A DNA stretch of 64,000 nt, from contig NC_068993.1 in the NCBI RefSeq assembly GCF_001194135.2, positions 5,344,723-5,408,722 of the forward strand, written 5' to 3'. This document shows, in pieces, positions 26,625-39,551 of this stretch. The notes under the pieces were generated by a model. That model searched no databases, was not told where the DNA came from, and worked only from the letters and a program-made list of their open reading frames with translations. How positions within the stretch are numbered: the stretch's first letter is position 1; every line of letters begins with the position of its first letter. Position numbers and translations under genes: made by a program. Origin of the DNA: Octopus bimaculoides (Eukaryota).

Positions 26625-26941
26625 TATATTTATTTCAATTTTCCTCCAATGCTTCGTTTTCTATAATAGAAACAAAATAACAAACCAATGAAATTTCATG
26701 ATTTCTGAGGAGCATAACAGGATGATGTAATGGAAAAACTAGGCAGAAATTTCATTTCAGTCTTTTCATTTGGCAATTCTTTTCATGTTAATTAATTTTA
26801 ATTCTGAATGAAAAACATTGCAACCCCAATGATAATTAAAATCATAATTACCTGTAAATTTTCTATCAAAAAATGCTACTCTCATATCTGAAATTATGTG
26901 TGCCTATATATGTACATACATGTTATGTGTGTGTATATGTA

Positions 26942-27493
26942 CAAGGGTGAGTCAAAAAGTAATGCCATTTTGTTTAGGACAGGTATAATCACCAACACAG
27001 GAACATGTATCATACATCAAAATGAAGCTGGTCCTCTGTGGATCACATCCCTACTTCTCAACAGAGTCACCGTTTCTCTCAATAGCAATGTTTCACCTTC
27101 GAATGAGAACATGTATCCCTGCCCTGTAAAATTCTCTTGACTGTTCTTTGAGCCACTTCTTCACTACAAGTCAAAGAGACAACACCTTTTTTCGAAGGCT
27201 CGTAACTGGTAATGAAACATGGGTTCATCATTATGAACCAGAATCAAAGAGGCAGTCAATGGAATGGTGCCACTGTACGTCACCACCACTGAGAAAGTTC
27301 AAAGACACAAAAGTCAGTTGGAAAAATCATGGCAACTGTCTTTTGGGATACTCAAGGTGTCACTCTGGTCGATTTCTTGCCAAAAGGAAAACAATAAACT
27401 CAAAATAAGCTTCATTTTGATGTATGATACCTGTTCCTCTGTTGGTAATTATACCTGTCCTAAACAAAATGGCATTCATTTTTGACTCATCCT

Positions 27494-27495
<2 letters not shown>
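26942..27495 (+). mobile_element. Internally deleted mariner (Tc1/mariner) element
   Basis: 88-bp inverted repeats (26942-27029 and 27408-27495, 7 differences), TA at the left end; internal transposase relic FFRRLVTGNETWVHHYEPESKRQSMEW and, frameshifted, KIMATVFWDTQGVTLVDFLPKG. Confidence 0.92.
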
Positions 27496-27549
<54 letters not shown>

Positions 27550-27740
27550 TGATTTGATTTACAAATGTGAGACAATAGTACTCAATCTATGTGGTAAAGT
27601 TTAGTGATTTTTTTTTCCAACCTGTGATGTGACTTCACCACTACTCTGAATTTTTTGTTTGCATTGCTAAATGAAATAGAAATGAGAAAAGATCAGATTT
27701 AATTAACATATATATCTATATATGTGTGTGTGTGTGTTTG

Positions 27741-27773
<33 letters not shown>

Positions 27774-27998
27774 GCACAGATGCCCATATACATCATACAT
27801 TTACTTACAACACATTCATGAAATCTCTTTGAATATACGACCATGATTGCCTACATACATGTATGTATAAACTCACCCACACACTCTCACATATACCCAC
27901 ACACACTCACATTCTCTCTCACACACACATAAACATATAATTTATTTTCATTTTTTGTACCATTTTTACTGAACCCTTTTCCTTGTTATCTCTGCCAG

Positions 27999-28493
27999 CG
28001 GAATCAAATTGGTGGTGGTGACTCTCTTCTGCATAGCCCTGGAGGGGATTCCATTATCAGCAATGGTAGGCACCTTGGGACGTTTACAGGCAGGAAAAAC
28101 CATTCCAATTTGCCATCACCAGCAACATCTTCACTTGTTTCGTATGCACCAATGGAAGATCAAAATGACCTGGGGTTAAATTCTTGTACGACAACCATCA
28201 CGACTGTCTCAGAGAACAACACTGCCAACAATGGTGTGCCAAACACAACCAACATCACCACCACCAACAACAACAATACGAGCACCAATACAGTCAATAC
28301 TAGCAACTTATCTACTCCTACCAACACTACTTCTACCACTCCTCTTACTCCTACTACAGATAAGAATGTTCCTAATTTTGCTACTCCTGGTAGTCCAGCT
28401 ACTTCTTCTACTACTACTACTCCAAACGTTACCAACCTCAAAGAGAACTCGGTTCGTGCCACCAATGTCGCCAATGGTCCTAAAGAAGGAAAA
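27999..28493 (+). CDS. PCDH: Protocadherin coding exon 2 (cytoplasmic, 165 aa, Thr/Asn/Pro-rich)
   Basis: Acceptor ccttttccttgttatctctgcCAG ends 27998. Phase-0 frame RNQIGGGDSLLHSPGG...NGPKEGK is open and in frame with track ORF 28110-28595. Donor AAA|GTATGC after 28493; length 495 = 165 codons. Linkage to exon 1 is inferred from phase and position. Confidence 0.8.
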
Positions 28494-28783
28494 GTATGCA
28501 TTGTTGTTGACTCACTGCTTGGTTGCTGGGTGTTTTGTTTGAGATCTGACTGCACCTTATGCATCTTTATCAGTTGCTTCTGGTTCTTCCTTTAATTCCC
28601 TATCCCCACCCCTATCCACATCACACTTTTTCTATTTGTTTTACATATATTGCTAGCAATAACAACAACCAGTTTTTCTGTTTTTTTCCCCTCCCCTCTT
28701 AGTGTTTGCATCTAGTTTGGCTATAAATTTAACAACCAGTTTTTCCTTTTAAATTAATTCATTATTATTATTATTATTATTAC

Positions 28784-28828
<45 letters not shown>

Positions 28829-29775
28829 CATAACCGTTATTATCATTAGTATACCATATCTAAGTAGATAAAGACTTGATAAACTAGTTCAAAGTTGTTT
28901 CCGTTACATTCCAGGTATTGCACACAGCGCTTAAATCTGTATATCTCAGATTAAATCCACATTGCTTATCAAACAAACCACCACCGCCACTATTATCATC
29001 CTCATCATTAACATTATCATCAGCATCATCGTCCTCTTCATCATTAACATCATCATTATCATCATACATCACCATTTATTAATGAGACATTGCAATGGCT
29101 TGGCTCAAATTTTCTCTCTAGTTTCAAGTGCTCTGATGTTCTTTTTGGAAAGCTACTTGAATTTCCATGCCTAAAACATCATGGACGTTTTGTTCCTTTT
29201 TGCATTTGTTTTTACTTCCATTTTTCCATGCCAGCATGATTTAGAAGAATATATCACTAAGGCTTTGTTTTAACAGGCAGATACCCTTCCTATCACTAAC
29301 ACTGACCTGTTTTTCAAGTAAAGGATTTCTTATTTCACTCCTCTTCAGTGAAAGATCTGTTGACAGGAGAAATCACAACGCCACTGCTTCTTGCAACTTT
29401 CTCAGAATACAAGTTCAAATGAAGACACACACACATACTTCCCCATTTAGGTTCATTATATATATAATATATATACTCTTGACTCTTGGCAATGTAAGTT
29501 CATGTCCTGCCAAAGCTAACTGTGCCTTTTCCTTTTGGGGTCAACAAAGAAAAACATCCAATCCCTGAAATTGTAGGTCTTGTACTTAAATCAGACACAT
29601 TATTATTGCGTGAGAGAGCAGTGGTTGCCATCAAAGTGACACAGGTACATATCATCAGCTACTAAGGGACATGCTCAACTGGTTATGGTCAAACAGCTGA
29701 CAAGCAAATCTGTGGTATTGAGTAGAATATTTGCTGTAGTCCATCTTTTATGCCTAGGCAAAACTATTCTTCTTC

Positions 29776-29812
<37 letters not shown>

Positions 29813-31641
29813 CATTATTATTATTATTATTATTATTGTACATTATGACCAGCCAGATAAAATTCTAAAGTTCTCTGTTAAGTATTTTGGATCTATCTAA
29901 ATGTGATAATTTGATTTCTTGAGCAAGATTAATAAGATTCTCCTTAATTAAGTCATCACCATCATCATCATCATCATCATCCTCATCACCACCACCACTA
30001 CCACCACCATCCCCACTTCATTGTCATTTTGTCATTTTCATATTCATTTGAGTGTGTTTTTGCTTTCATTTGCTTGCTTCTGCTTATTATTATTATTTTT
30101 TTTTTTTTGTTAGACAGCTTATAAGCTTGTGTTAGGGTTGATTTGTGATAGTGCTTTAGTTTTATTTTCCTCCCTGTTTTTGTTGTCTTTCTCGATGTCT
30201 TACAAATGTTTGTCCAGATAAATTGTCTTTAAGATAAATCTAATCTCTTAGTTTTGACAGAAAATTTTCAAATCTTACAGTAAAATCATTGTAAAATGTG
30301 TAACGTTGTCTAAATGCTTACTCTTGAAAGACAAGTTCACACTAGAAGTGTTATCACTCATAATAGTTCTAGATTAAAATGTTTGTCCAGAAATATATTG
30401 ACCTTTATAAAGTTTTCACCCAAGTTTTATATGCTTATAAATTTGTGTTTATCTTGTGATGTTGTGAAGAATTAGTCGTGGTCATTGATTTACCATTTTA
30501 TTTAAATAATCGATAATGTGTTTTGTTTTTGAAAAAATTCATCTTTGAAATTTATTTTAACTTAACTACATGAAGATATGTATGATCAGCAGACGTGATA
30601 TCGTTAGGGTCAGTATATAAGGATATTATTACATGATTATCAAATGAGGATATCATTTAACATTTATTTCTAAATGATGATATTTCTGGTGAATGTATGT
30701 ATATTTTAATTAGGAACAGTACATAAGACATTTAGAGTTTTCTGGGAAACTTGTTACTATTTTGAATTTATATAAACAACAAACTATAAGTTAATTTATG
30801 TCAATATGATTATAGTATGCTTAAAATTGTTTTATTTTAATATTTTTGTAAATATTTCATCATTTCCAAAGCAGTAGACTTTATTTTATGCATGATTATC
30901 TATTTCAATATATATTGTTTAAAATGTAGTTTAACAGAAAAATCTAATTTTGTACTGGTTGATACTAGTTCATATTTGTATTCATTATTCAATGAGTGAA
31001 TAACAGAATTTGTGTAAACAATCAACTTTATACTTACCACCTTTAGCAACTAATTTGGTTTCTTGGAAATTCTATAATTGATATTATGTTGTATTGTGCA
31101 ATGAATGAAGCTGTTTTTAAAGCGGTTATTTCACTAATATTTTCCGATAATGTATTTCATTTTGATAAAATGATGAAATATTTCATTCTTGATTTCTCCA
31201 ATAACTAGTTACTGATGCCATTCAAAAATGTAAAATCTTCAAGAATATTTTTTGTTTTGATTAAACATTAAGTTCATCATTTCTGATATTCTTACAATAA
31301 TTATGTGTCAAATCTCTTGTCTGGTACCAACTTCCTGACAATTCTAGTAGGATTTTTCCATGGTAGCCACAGTTATATATTTATTAAAATACTAAAAACA
31401 AATAAAATAATAGTTGTTTCCAATTTAAACAAGGGTCTGCAATTTTGAGGGTCAGAGGGTGTATGTATAATCAATGATGCAAACCTCAGTATTTAACTGG
31501 TATTGTATTTTGTGAGCATGAAATTTGGCTTCGACAGGAATTGAACACAAAACACAAGGAGTTGGGACAAATGCCAAAAGGCAGTTTTTCTGACATTCTA
31601 ATGACTCTGCTAATTCACAACTCTTATAATAAGAATAAGAA

Positions 31642-31996
31642 TAATCCTTTCTTATCTGGACAGAAGGCCAGCAATTTTGAGGGGAGGGGCAAGTTGATGA
31701 CATCAATCCCAGCGCTTAACTGGGACTCATTGTATCAATACTGAAGGATGAAAGGCAAAGTCAGTCTCAATAGAAGTTGAACATAGAGACAAACGAAATG
31801 CTGCTGAGCATTTTATCCAGCTTGTTAGGGATCCTGCCAGTTCACCACCTCAAAAACAGTAATAATACTTTCTACTATTGCTACAGAGCCTGAAATTTGC
31901 AGGGCAGGGTATAGTCGATTGTGGGGCAGGGTCTAGTCAATTATACTGACCCCCAGTGCTCAACTGATAACCATTTTATCGATCCCCAAAAGGATA
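31642..31996 (-). mobile_element. Tandem SINE family A copies (31642-31850, 31862-31996; a further fragment at ~31430-31520)
   Basis: gaaggatgaaaggcaaagtc...tgaac...ctgccagttcaccacct and tactgaccccagt...tttatcgatccccaaaaggat motifs. Confidence 0.8.
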
Positions 31997-32001
31997 ATAA
32001 A

Positions 32002-32057
<56 letters not shown>

Positions 32058-32197
32058 CAACAACAACAATAACAGCAACAACAATAACAGCAACAACAAT
32101 AACAGCAATAACAATAATAATAATTCTTTATTGAACACATTTTTGTTTAAATAATTGTCATTTTAAGCATCATTAATATTTTCATCAGAGTCTATAG

Positions 32198-32411
32198 CAG
32201 AAACTCTGGGGTCTCCCAACCTGGGGTCCACAGAACCCTGGTGGTCAGCAAAGTTAGTACTGGAGGTCCATGAACTAAATTCAAAATTACATATATATAT
32301 ATATATACATAAGGATAAGCATATAAGAAAGGGGTCCATGGGAAAACTTATTTAAATAGAAGAGTTGGGACCCACTGTTGGGGACCACTATGAAAAGGTT
32401 GGGAACCACTG
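32198..32411. mobile_element. hAT (Charlie-like) MITE
   Basis: Ends cag...ctcccaacctggggtcc and aaggttgggaaccactg; 8-bp TSD GTCTATAG (32190-32197) / GTCTAAAG (32412-32419). Confidence 0.8.
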
Positions 32412-34489
32412 GTCTAAAGCAAGGAGTGATAAAGTGGCCAATATTGAGGTCTGTGTGAATATCCAAGGGATGGATAAACAATTTTGAGCATTAAGTGTAC
32501 TGAATTGTTAGTGAAATGAATTTGGAAGAATATGGTAATTTAAGGCTAAATCTCACTAATTTCCAGCCAAATAGCAATGTAATAACTAGTATTCACCAAA
32601 CATTAGATATTCCAACTATATCAATAAAATATGATTGAATATTTATTGCTTTTTATCAATTTCGTTAAGTATTTTCATTAAATTTCTGTAAATATTTCCT
32701 ATTAAAAAAGTGATGATGACACAAAAAAAAAATAGCAAAGGAATTATTGTTTTAAAAATAAGAATTCTTTTATTATTAATTATACTTTAAAATTTTATTT
32801 TAGAAATATTCTCGTTGGAAGGAGGGTCAATAACTTATCAATGATTCCATGAAGGGGTTAAGGATATAAGAATTTGGCTAATGTCTAGGTTATGATCAAA
32901 GGAACCGTATATTATGATATTCTATAGCAGTTAATGGGTTTATGATCAAGCTGAAAAATTCAAGGGTTATGGTGAAGAGGTCTTCGACTTCACATTGAAA
33001 TATTGGTTTCTGATTTCAGTCATAAATTTTGGCTTACATTAAATTCCAGCAAAATGTCTTACATAATTTTCTGTAGAATGTGGAACATCAGAATTTAAAT
33101 GTTTTGTATTTAGGGATGTTAATAAGGGGTTTCTAAAATAGATAAAAGAGTTTCTTATAACTTATGTGAACATGGAGAAATGCATTAATTTGTGCCTTGC
33201 AATTTCTGATATATATCACACACACACACACATATATATATATATGTATANNNNNNNNNNTAGAAGTATGTATATATGTACAGATATGTATACTTATATA
33301 TGCACACATGCATATACATACATACACATATTTAATGTAGGTCTGTTTATGTTTCGATAAACTAGCCACTGTAGTTGTTGTTATTGTTATTATTGTTATT
33401 GTCGTTGTTGTTGTTGTTGTTGTTTAGCCCAAGGTCAGCCCTGATCAAGCAGACCTATAATCAAAGGTTGTTCCAGGTGTGTCATTCTCCATCTTAAGAC
33501 TGCATTAATCAGTGTGTCCTTCCCTTTTTAAGATGGTAGGATATGATTTGAGGAGATTTGGCTGCTAACTCTAGAAAGTCAACTGACCACATAGAGGTTT
33601 TCTCAAGTAGGTTAAAACTTTCAAGCATATTTTTTTTAAAAAAAACAATAATTTGTTTTGTTTTCTACATTCCATTAAAAAATATTTTCTTCGTATTATC
33701 TTTGTTTTTTTGGAAATATATTTTATCTCTTTTACCAACATATCAAAATCACATGATCTGATCCAAACATATTTTCAAGTTTTATGTTTTACTATTTTTA
33801 TACTTCTACATTTTATTGTTTTTATGTTTTGTTTTGTTTTGTTTCTATTACAATGTTTTTACCTAAGCGTATTTTACACAATTCTTCAGCAAATAGTTAA
33901 TGTTCTTCTACAAATGGTTAATATCTGCTTCTATAAATTTTTCCTTACTAGTTAATATCTTCTAAATAAATACTTAACAGTTTTTATCAGAAATCATATT
34001 GTTTTCTAAACTTATATTCCATTACATTTTTATACCCAATTTCTGTGTGTATGTGTGCATACATATGTATTTATTTGTATTTATCTGTGTATGCGTATAT
34101 GATTTGGGTGAGTTTGTTTCTCTCCATGTTCGTTCCTCTATGATTCTTAACTCTCAATAAAAGTCATAGAAATGGAAACAAACTTGCCAGAGACATGGGC
34201 TTTTATTTCAAGAACATTTTCTGAAATTGGATTTCTCTAGCATGAACCATGGTGTCTAAAATGTGTTAGAGTTTGTAACTAATTTCTTAGTTGCTTCCAA
34301 AATCTTTAGTTTGGTGTTTAATCTGAATGTTTCCTTCCCCCCCCCCCACACAATTCTATTTTAACACATTAGGCACCTGTCTTGCCAAAGCATTTTATGA
34401 TTTTTATATATTCACATTTCATATATATATATGTGTGTGTGTGCATATATAAGCCCAATAGCTGTTTCCGGAGTCTTGAAGATCCGTCA

Positions 34490-34750
34490 TAATGTTGGTA
34501 GATGCAGTTCAGCAAAAACAATGCAGCCAGTAATGAAAGCAAATAAATATTGGACAAATCAAGCCTCTGCCATCAGGGTAGAAGCGAAACCTTAGATTAC
34601 AGATCATGATTCCACTTTTAAACTTCTCTGCATCATGATCTGAAATCTAAGGTTTCGCTTCTGCTCTGATGATAGAGGTTTGATTTATCCAATGTTTATT
34701 TGCTTCCATTACTGGGCGCATATTTTCGTGAACTGCATCTACCAACATTA
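34490..34750. mobile_element. Foldback MITE with ~120-bp arms and a 21-nt loop
   Basis: 34490-34610 is ~87% reverse-complementary to 34632-34750; TA at both ends. Confidence 0.85.
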
Positions 34751-34753
34751 TAA

Positions 34754-34795
<42 letters not shown>

Positions 34796-35039
34796 TGGTT
34801 GTCTATTCCTTAAGCAGAGTCTGACCAACTCTTGTACCTACACCTTGGATCCATCATGGCATTTGCTGTGGGTTTTTTTAAACCAGAAAATGTTTTGAAA
34901 AGACACCCACATAGATTGTATATCTGATTTGGACCATCAAAAAAGCTGTAGCTAAGTTCTGATCTTTGTGAATCTTAAAATGTCTTTAGAGGCTTCTGTT
35001 AGATTTGCAGACCTTATGACATACACGGCATTGAAAGGT

Positions 35040-35190
35040 GTACACAGATATATAGGCAGAATAATTGGTAGAGGTTCGTCTCCCATGGGCCCAGCAAATG
35101 AAAAGCATGATCTGTCACAAACTGTGCACACAAAAAGGTCACTGAGATTCACCCTCTCGATCACAACATTCTTCTTAAAGAGATTTCATG
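35040..35190 (-). mobile_element. Possible RTE-LINE C-terminal zinc-knuckle relic
   Basis: - strand frame ERVNLSDLFVCTVCDRSCFSFAG resembles the FxCxxCxRxCxSxxG end of RTE ORFs; short and degenerate. Confidence 0.4.
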
Positions 35191-35617
35191 ATATTACATT
35201 TAATTCTTAATTATGTTTGTTTCAACACTATGTGGAATATACATTTCATGAATATAGATATTAACATGAGTACAAACATATGGATGAACATAGTAAATTT
35301 GAGCTGGTTACAGCAACTAATAAATATGAAAGTAAGAATAAAACTATATGAAGCAACCTGCTTTATTAAATATATTTGGTATTTCATGAGTGCTTATTGT
35401 ATCTTTTCTGCTACTAATTACACTATATTTCAATTACTATATTCTATGATCTACCTCAGGTGTCCTGTATATATGCATATAAGTATGTGTGTGTGTGTGA
35501 ATATACATAAATATATGTATGTACAAATTCTGTATGAATACCAATATACATACATATATGTATGTATGTCTGTCTGTATGTGGGTAGGTATGTATACTAT
35601 ATAAGCAATAAATGATG

Positions 35618-35689
<72 letters not shown>

Positions 35690-35822
35690 ATTTAAACATG
35701 AGAAACGTATTCAATACATATTGTAGAATATAATTTTATCTTATGACACAGCTGACACTTTGCTCCAACATGATACAGGAAAGACATAGCAAATTTCTAG
35801 ATACATACAACTATGTGATGTG

Positions 35823-35857
<35 letters not shown>

Positions 35858-35858
<1 letters not shown>

Positions 35859-36490
35859 CAACAACATTATCATTTTCTACCTTTTCTCCATTTCTCTATG
35901 CGAGTTGGATAGATCTTCAGCAAAACATCCCATCACTCGTAGTTTCTTGTCAATTTTTGAGATTCAGTTTCCTCAGATCAGTCTTCTCCAATTCCTCTCA
36001 TTTCTTCTGCAATCTTCCCCTTCTACAGATTCTTCCCACTTGGACCGCTTGGTACTTCTTTACAACTGCTACCCTCCATACATATCAAGCACTCATAATA
36101 ACAAAGTCTTCTCTCTTGCACTCTTCAAGAAGTTCTTGTTGTCTTCAGTGTTTGTCTCAGCTCATTTTTATTCAGTAGTTTATGGACTCAAACATTACAC
36201 ATCAAGTGGAGCATGACCATTTAATTTCATTCCAGCATTTTCACATCCTTCTCATTCAGAAGAATATATTTCAATGATATCCAAAATCATATTTCATACA
36301 AAAGCCTAATACAATTCTCCCTTCAATTTGTGAGAGAGTCCTTTTGGTTTCCAGCAAAAGTAATGTCTCCCTGAATTTATTCCATTCCATTCTTAATCTG
36401 GCTACTGTGCTTTCAGAACACCTACCACCACTGCAGACTACATCACCTAGGTAACAGAAATTGTGAACTACAATATAAGGGGCCTTCCAG
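35858..36490 (-). mobile_element. Degenerate RTE-clade LINE 3' fragment
   Basis: - strand relic VVHNFCYLGDVVCSGGRCSESTVARLRMEWNKFRETLLLL (RT C-terminus/thumb), followed by stops and frameshifts; the 3' end resembles the SINE-D tail. Confidence 0.8.
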
Positions 36491-37006
36491 GCATTGAAAA
36501 ATCTTTATTTGATGTATGTTCAGTGTTCTCTTACTGCCAACTAGTCCTATGTATAAATACATGCCCACTCAACTAAAATTTCCTCAATCTGTTTAATGCT
36601 ATTCTTATCAAATTATTAATATTCTTATAAAAATAACTGATATTTGCTTCAATAAACTTCCTTTTACCAGTTTAATACATTCTAAACACGTATTTTCCAA
36701 TTTCTCTCAGAAAACATATTGTTTTCAAAATTGATTTTCAATTACGATTTTCCCCCAGGGCGTGTGTGTCTGTATGTGTAGGAGACCCTCAATAATTTTT
36801 AACTCTTAATTAATGGGACTCATTAAATTTGAACAAATTTGCTAGAGAAATTATCCTTTTCTGAAACATGGTTTCTATACTTTCAGCAATCTAAAATTTG
36901 GTAGTTTTGCAACTGGTCTCCTGAAATATAGTATACATGTGTATGAATATGTGTGTATGATTGCATATTTATATATGTGTGTGTATGTGTGTGTATATAT
37001 ATATAT

Positions 37007-37170
37007 AGGAGTAGGAGTGGATGTGTGGCAAGTAGCTTGCTTACCAACCACATGGCTACAGGTTCAGTCCCACTGCATGGCACCTTGGGCAAGTGTCTTC
37101 TACTATAGCCTCGGACAACCAAAGCCTTGTGAGTGGATTTGGTAGATGGAAACTGAAAGAAGCCTGTCGT
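37007..37170 (+). mobile_element. tRNA-derived SINE family B, head region
   Basis: gtgtggcaagtagcttgcttaccaaccacatgg...ggttcagtccc (B-box)...gggcaagtgtcttctactatagc...ggaaactgaaagaagcc. Confidence 0.9.
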
Positions 37171-37856
37171 ATATATGTATATATATGTTTGTATGTCTCT
37201 GTTTGTCAAATAACAATAAATATCTGTCAAGTTGAAGGCATAAAACGTCAATTGGAGAAATAATATCTGTAGATAAGGAAAAAGAAAACATGTATAAAGA
37301 TAGTGTAATTAACTAATAAATGGAAAAAGACGTTCAAGAGTATTAGGAAAAAGAACAACATCACTTAACGAAGATTCTTGGTTTGACTGTGGTATTACCC
37401 ATGAGGCAAAGAAAAATATATACGATGTGTATCACGTGACAAAATGGTGTTTATATGTATTAACGCAAATGAACAAAGAGAGAATCTTCTATATACTGTG
37501 TGTAGGTCAATCAGTATGACTGTCTGTTTAAATAATCCTTCAACTATTTTCCAATCAAACCATTTCCTGCTCCATCTATTTCTCTATCTTTCTATCTGTC
37601 CATCTGTCATTTTATTTATCTCCTCCCATCTCTGAATCTGATTAGTCAACTTGTTTATTATATAGGTTGCTTAAAAGTTGTTGCATAATCATTTGACCAA
37701 ACGATTGATCTAAATATAACAGCTTACTTTTATATTGAGAATTATCATTTTCCTTTGTTTCTGCAAGGAAAAACGATCGTGTTTATAATCTTGATTGGAT
37801 TTGTCTATAGAGAACGGTATCAATATTTGCCCCTTGTAAATCATTTATAAAGTGTT

Positions 37857-37896
<40 letters not shown>

Positions 37897-39349
37897 AATG
37901 GAAGGAGTCATAAAGTATAGCAATATATTTGGATAGATTACTATGTAGAGACTGAAAGAGGCAACCAACAGTAATGAGTGTGGTTAAAAAGGAAATGTAT
38001 CCATAGATATATGTAAAGCTATATAAAGACGTAATGAGAAAGCTGAAAATTATTTATAAAGAATTTTACACAAATGGAGTGACAAGTAGCTGAGTTGATA
38101 GAATACAAGGCATTCAGCCAAGATTCTCTATAATTTACATGTAAAATCAGCACTGAAACAAGACCCAATTCTAAAACAACATGGTATAGTTTACTTCTGT
38201 GCATAGTAAAAGTGCTTACATTTAAAGCATACGTTTGTTTGGGTTGTAAACCAACAAATACCCATCAATTTTTAAAGCAATTTCTCTTAAGGATGGGCGG
38301 GGTGAAATAGAGATTAAACTTGTGATAGATATATGTACTATCAATGAGGAGATTTTAATCTCATCATTTATATATAAATATGATAATCGAATTAATTGTT
38401 CGCTAAGGTCTGTGAAAAGCCCCTGACATTTTCTTGTAAATCTGCATACAAAAGTATCTCCATGTCAGATCTCTGCTCATTAATCTTTTTATCTTCAGTG
38501 AAATGGTAATAATGTTGATATCACTTGTTGGCATTATGACCAATCACTTTATAAAGAGTTGTGGAATAAAAGCATTCCTTATTTGGAAAACAAGGATCGG
38601 TGACAAGATAAAGATCCAGCCATGAAATCCTGCTTCAAATAAATTCCACGTCTTACCCATGCTTTCGTGGGAAACAAATGTTAAATGAACAAAAGAAGAC
38701 CTTTATTAAACCAAAATATGACTTAACCTACCCATCTAACCCATACTAGCATGATAAACTGACATTAAAGGAAGCCAAAATATGATTTACCCTTTATTTT
38801 CTCTGTAATTTCTTCTGATATTTCATGTGTTTGATCCTTATTTTGTGCATTTTGTATTCACCTGAAATGACAAACCCTCTGGTGGCTTGCTTTCTTTTTA
38901 CCTTTCATATGGCTTTTTCTCACTTCTTTTTATGCCATGCCTACGGTTGTTTATGGTTATGGACCTGCATGCAAAAGTCTGAAAATTCAGGATTTTTCTT
39001 GGGAACGATGCATCATTGGTTTCCCGTTGCTTACTGTCAGTTAATTAAACAATTTGATCAGCTAAGATCCCACTCTTTGAAAGACCTTATTTAATCTTTT
39101 GGCAGGGGTACTGATTCGTGTGTTATCAGGGCATGTCCATACTCAGGTGGGTTTATGTGACACATATCAAGGGACCAGCCCTTTTCTGAGTCCTTTAAGG
39201 TCCATCTTCTACTATATGACCCATAACTGGGGCCTCTTACAATTACTATCTATCACCCAAAGCCAGAATGGACCTGGAAATAGTGGTGACTAAAGTGTAA
39301 TCCCTTACTTCCTTAAACTTGTGAACTGGGGCCTCTAGATGCAGTTTAA

Positions 39350-39551
39350 CCCTTTTGCCTTCTGATTGCTCTGTCAAATGTAATGCTTATTTACTCACAT
39401 TGTTTTGAATTAGTCTTGCATTATTTCATAGCTTCAAGATTTTGATGATATGGGTATTCTAGGGTAGAAGTGAGAGGCAGGATCTGGCCAGGTTCAACAT
39501 AAAACAGGTAGAATATTTGGGCCAGATATGACCAGTTTAAACGTGAAAGGG
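39350..39551 (+). mobile_element. piggyBac-like MITE (second family)
   Basis: TTAA|CCCTTT ... AAAGGG|TTAA (TTAA at 39346-39349 and 39552-39555). Confidence 0.85.

Noticed and set aside
28160-28564. 134-aa antisense ORF over exon 2
   Set aside because: Expected shadow frame of a low-complexity Thr/Asn-rich coding exon.
37431-37440. E-box/CLEAR-like ATCACGTGAC in intron 2
   Set aside because: Single short motif with no supporting context.
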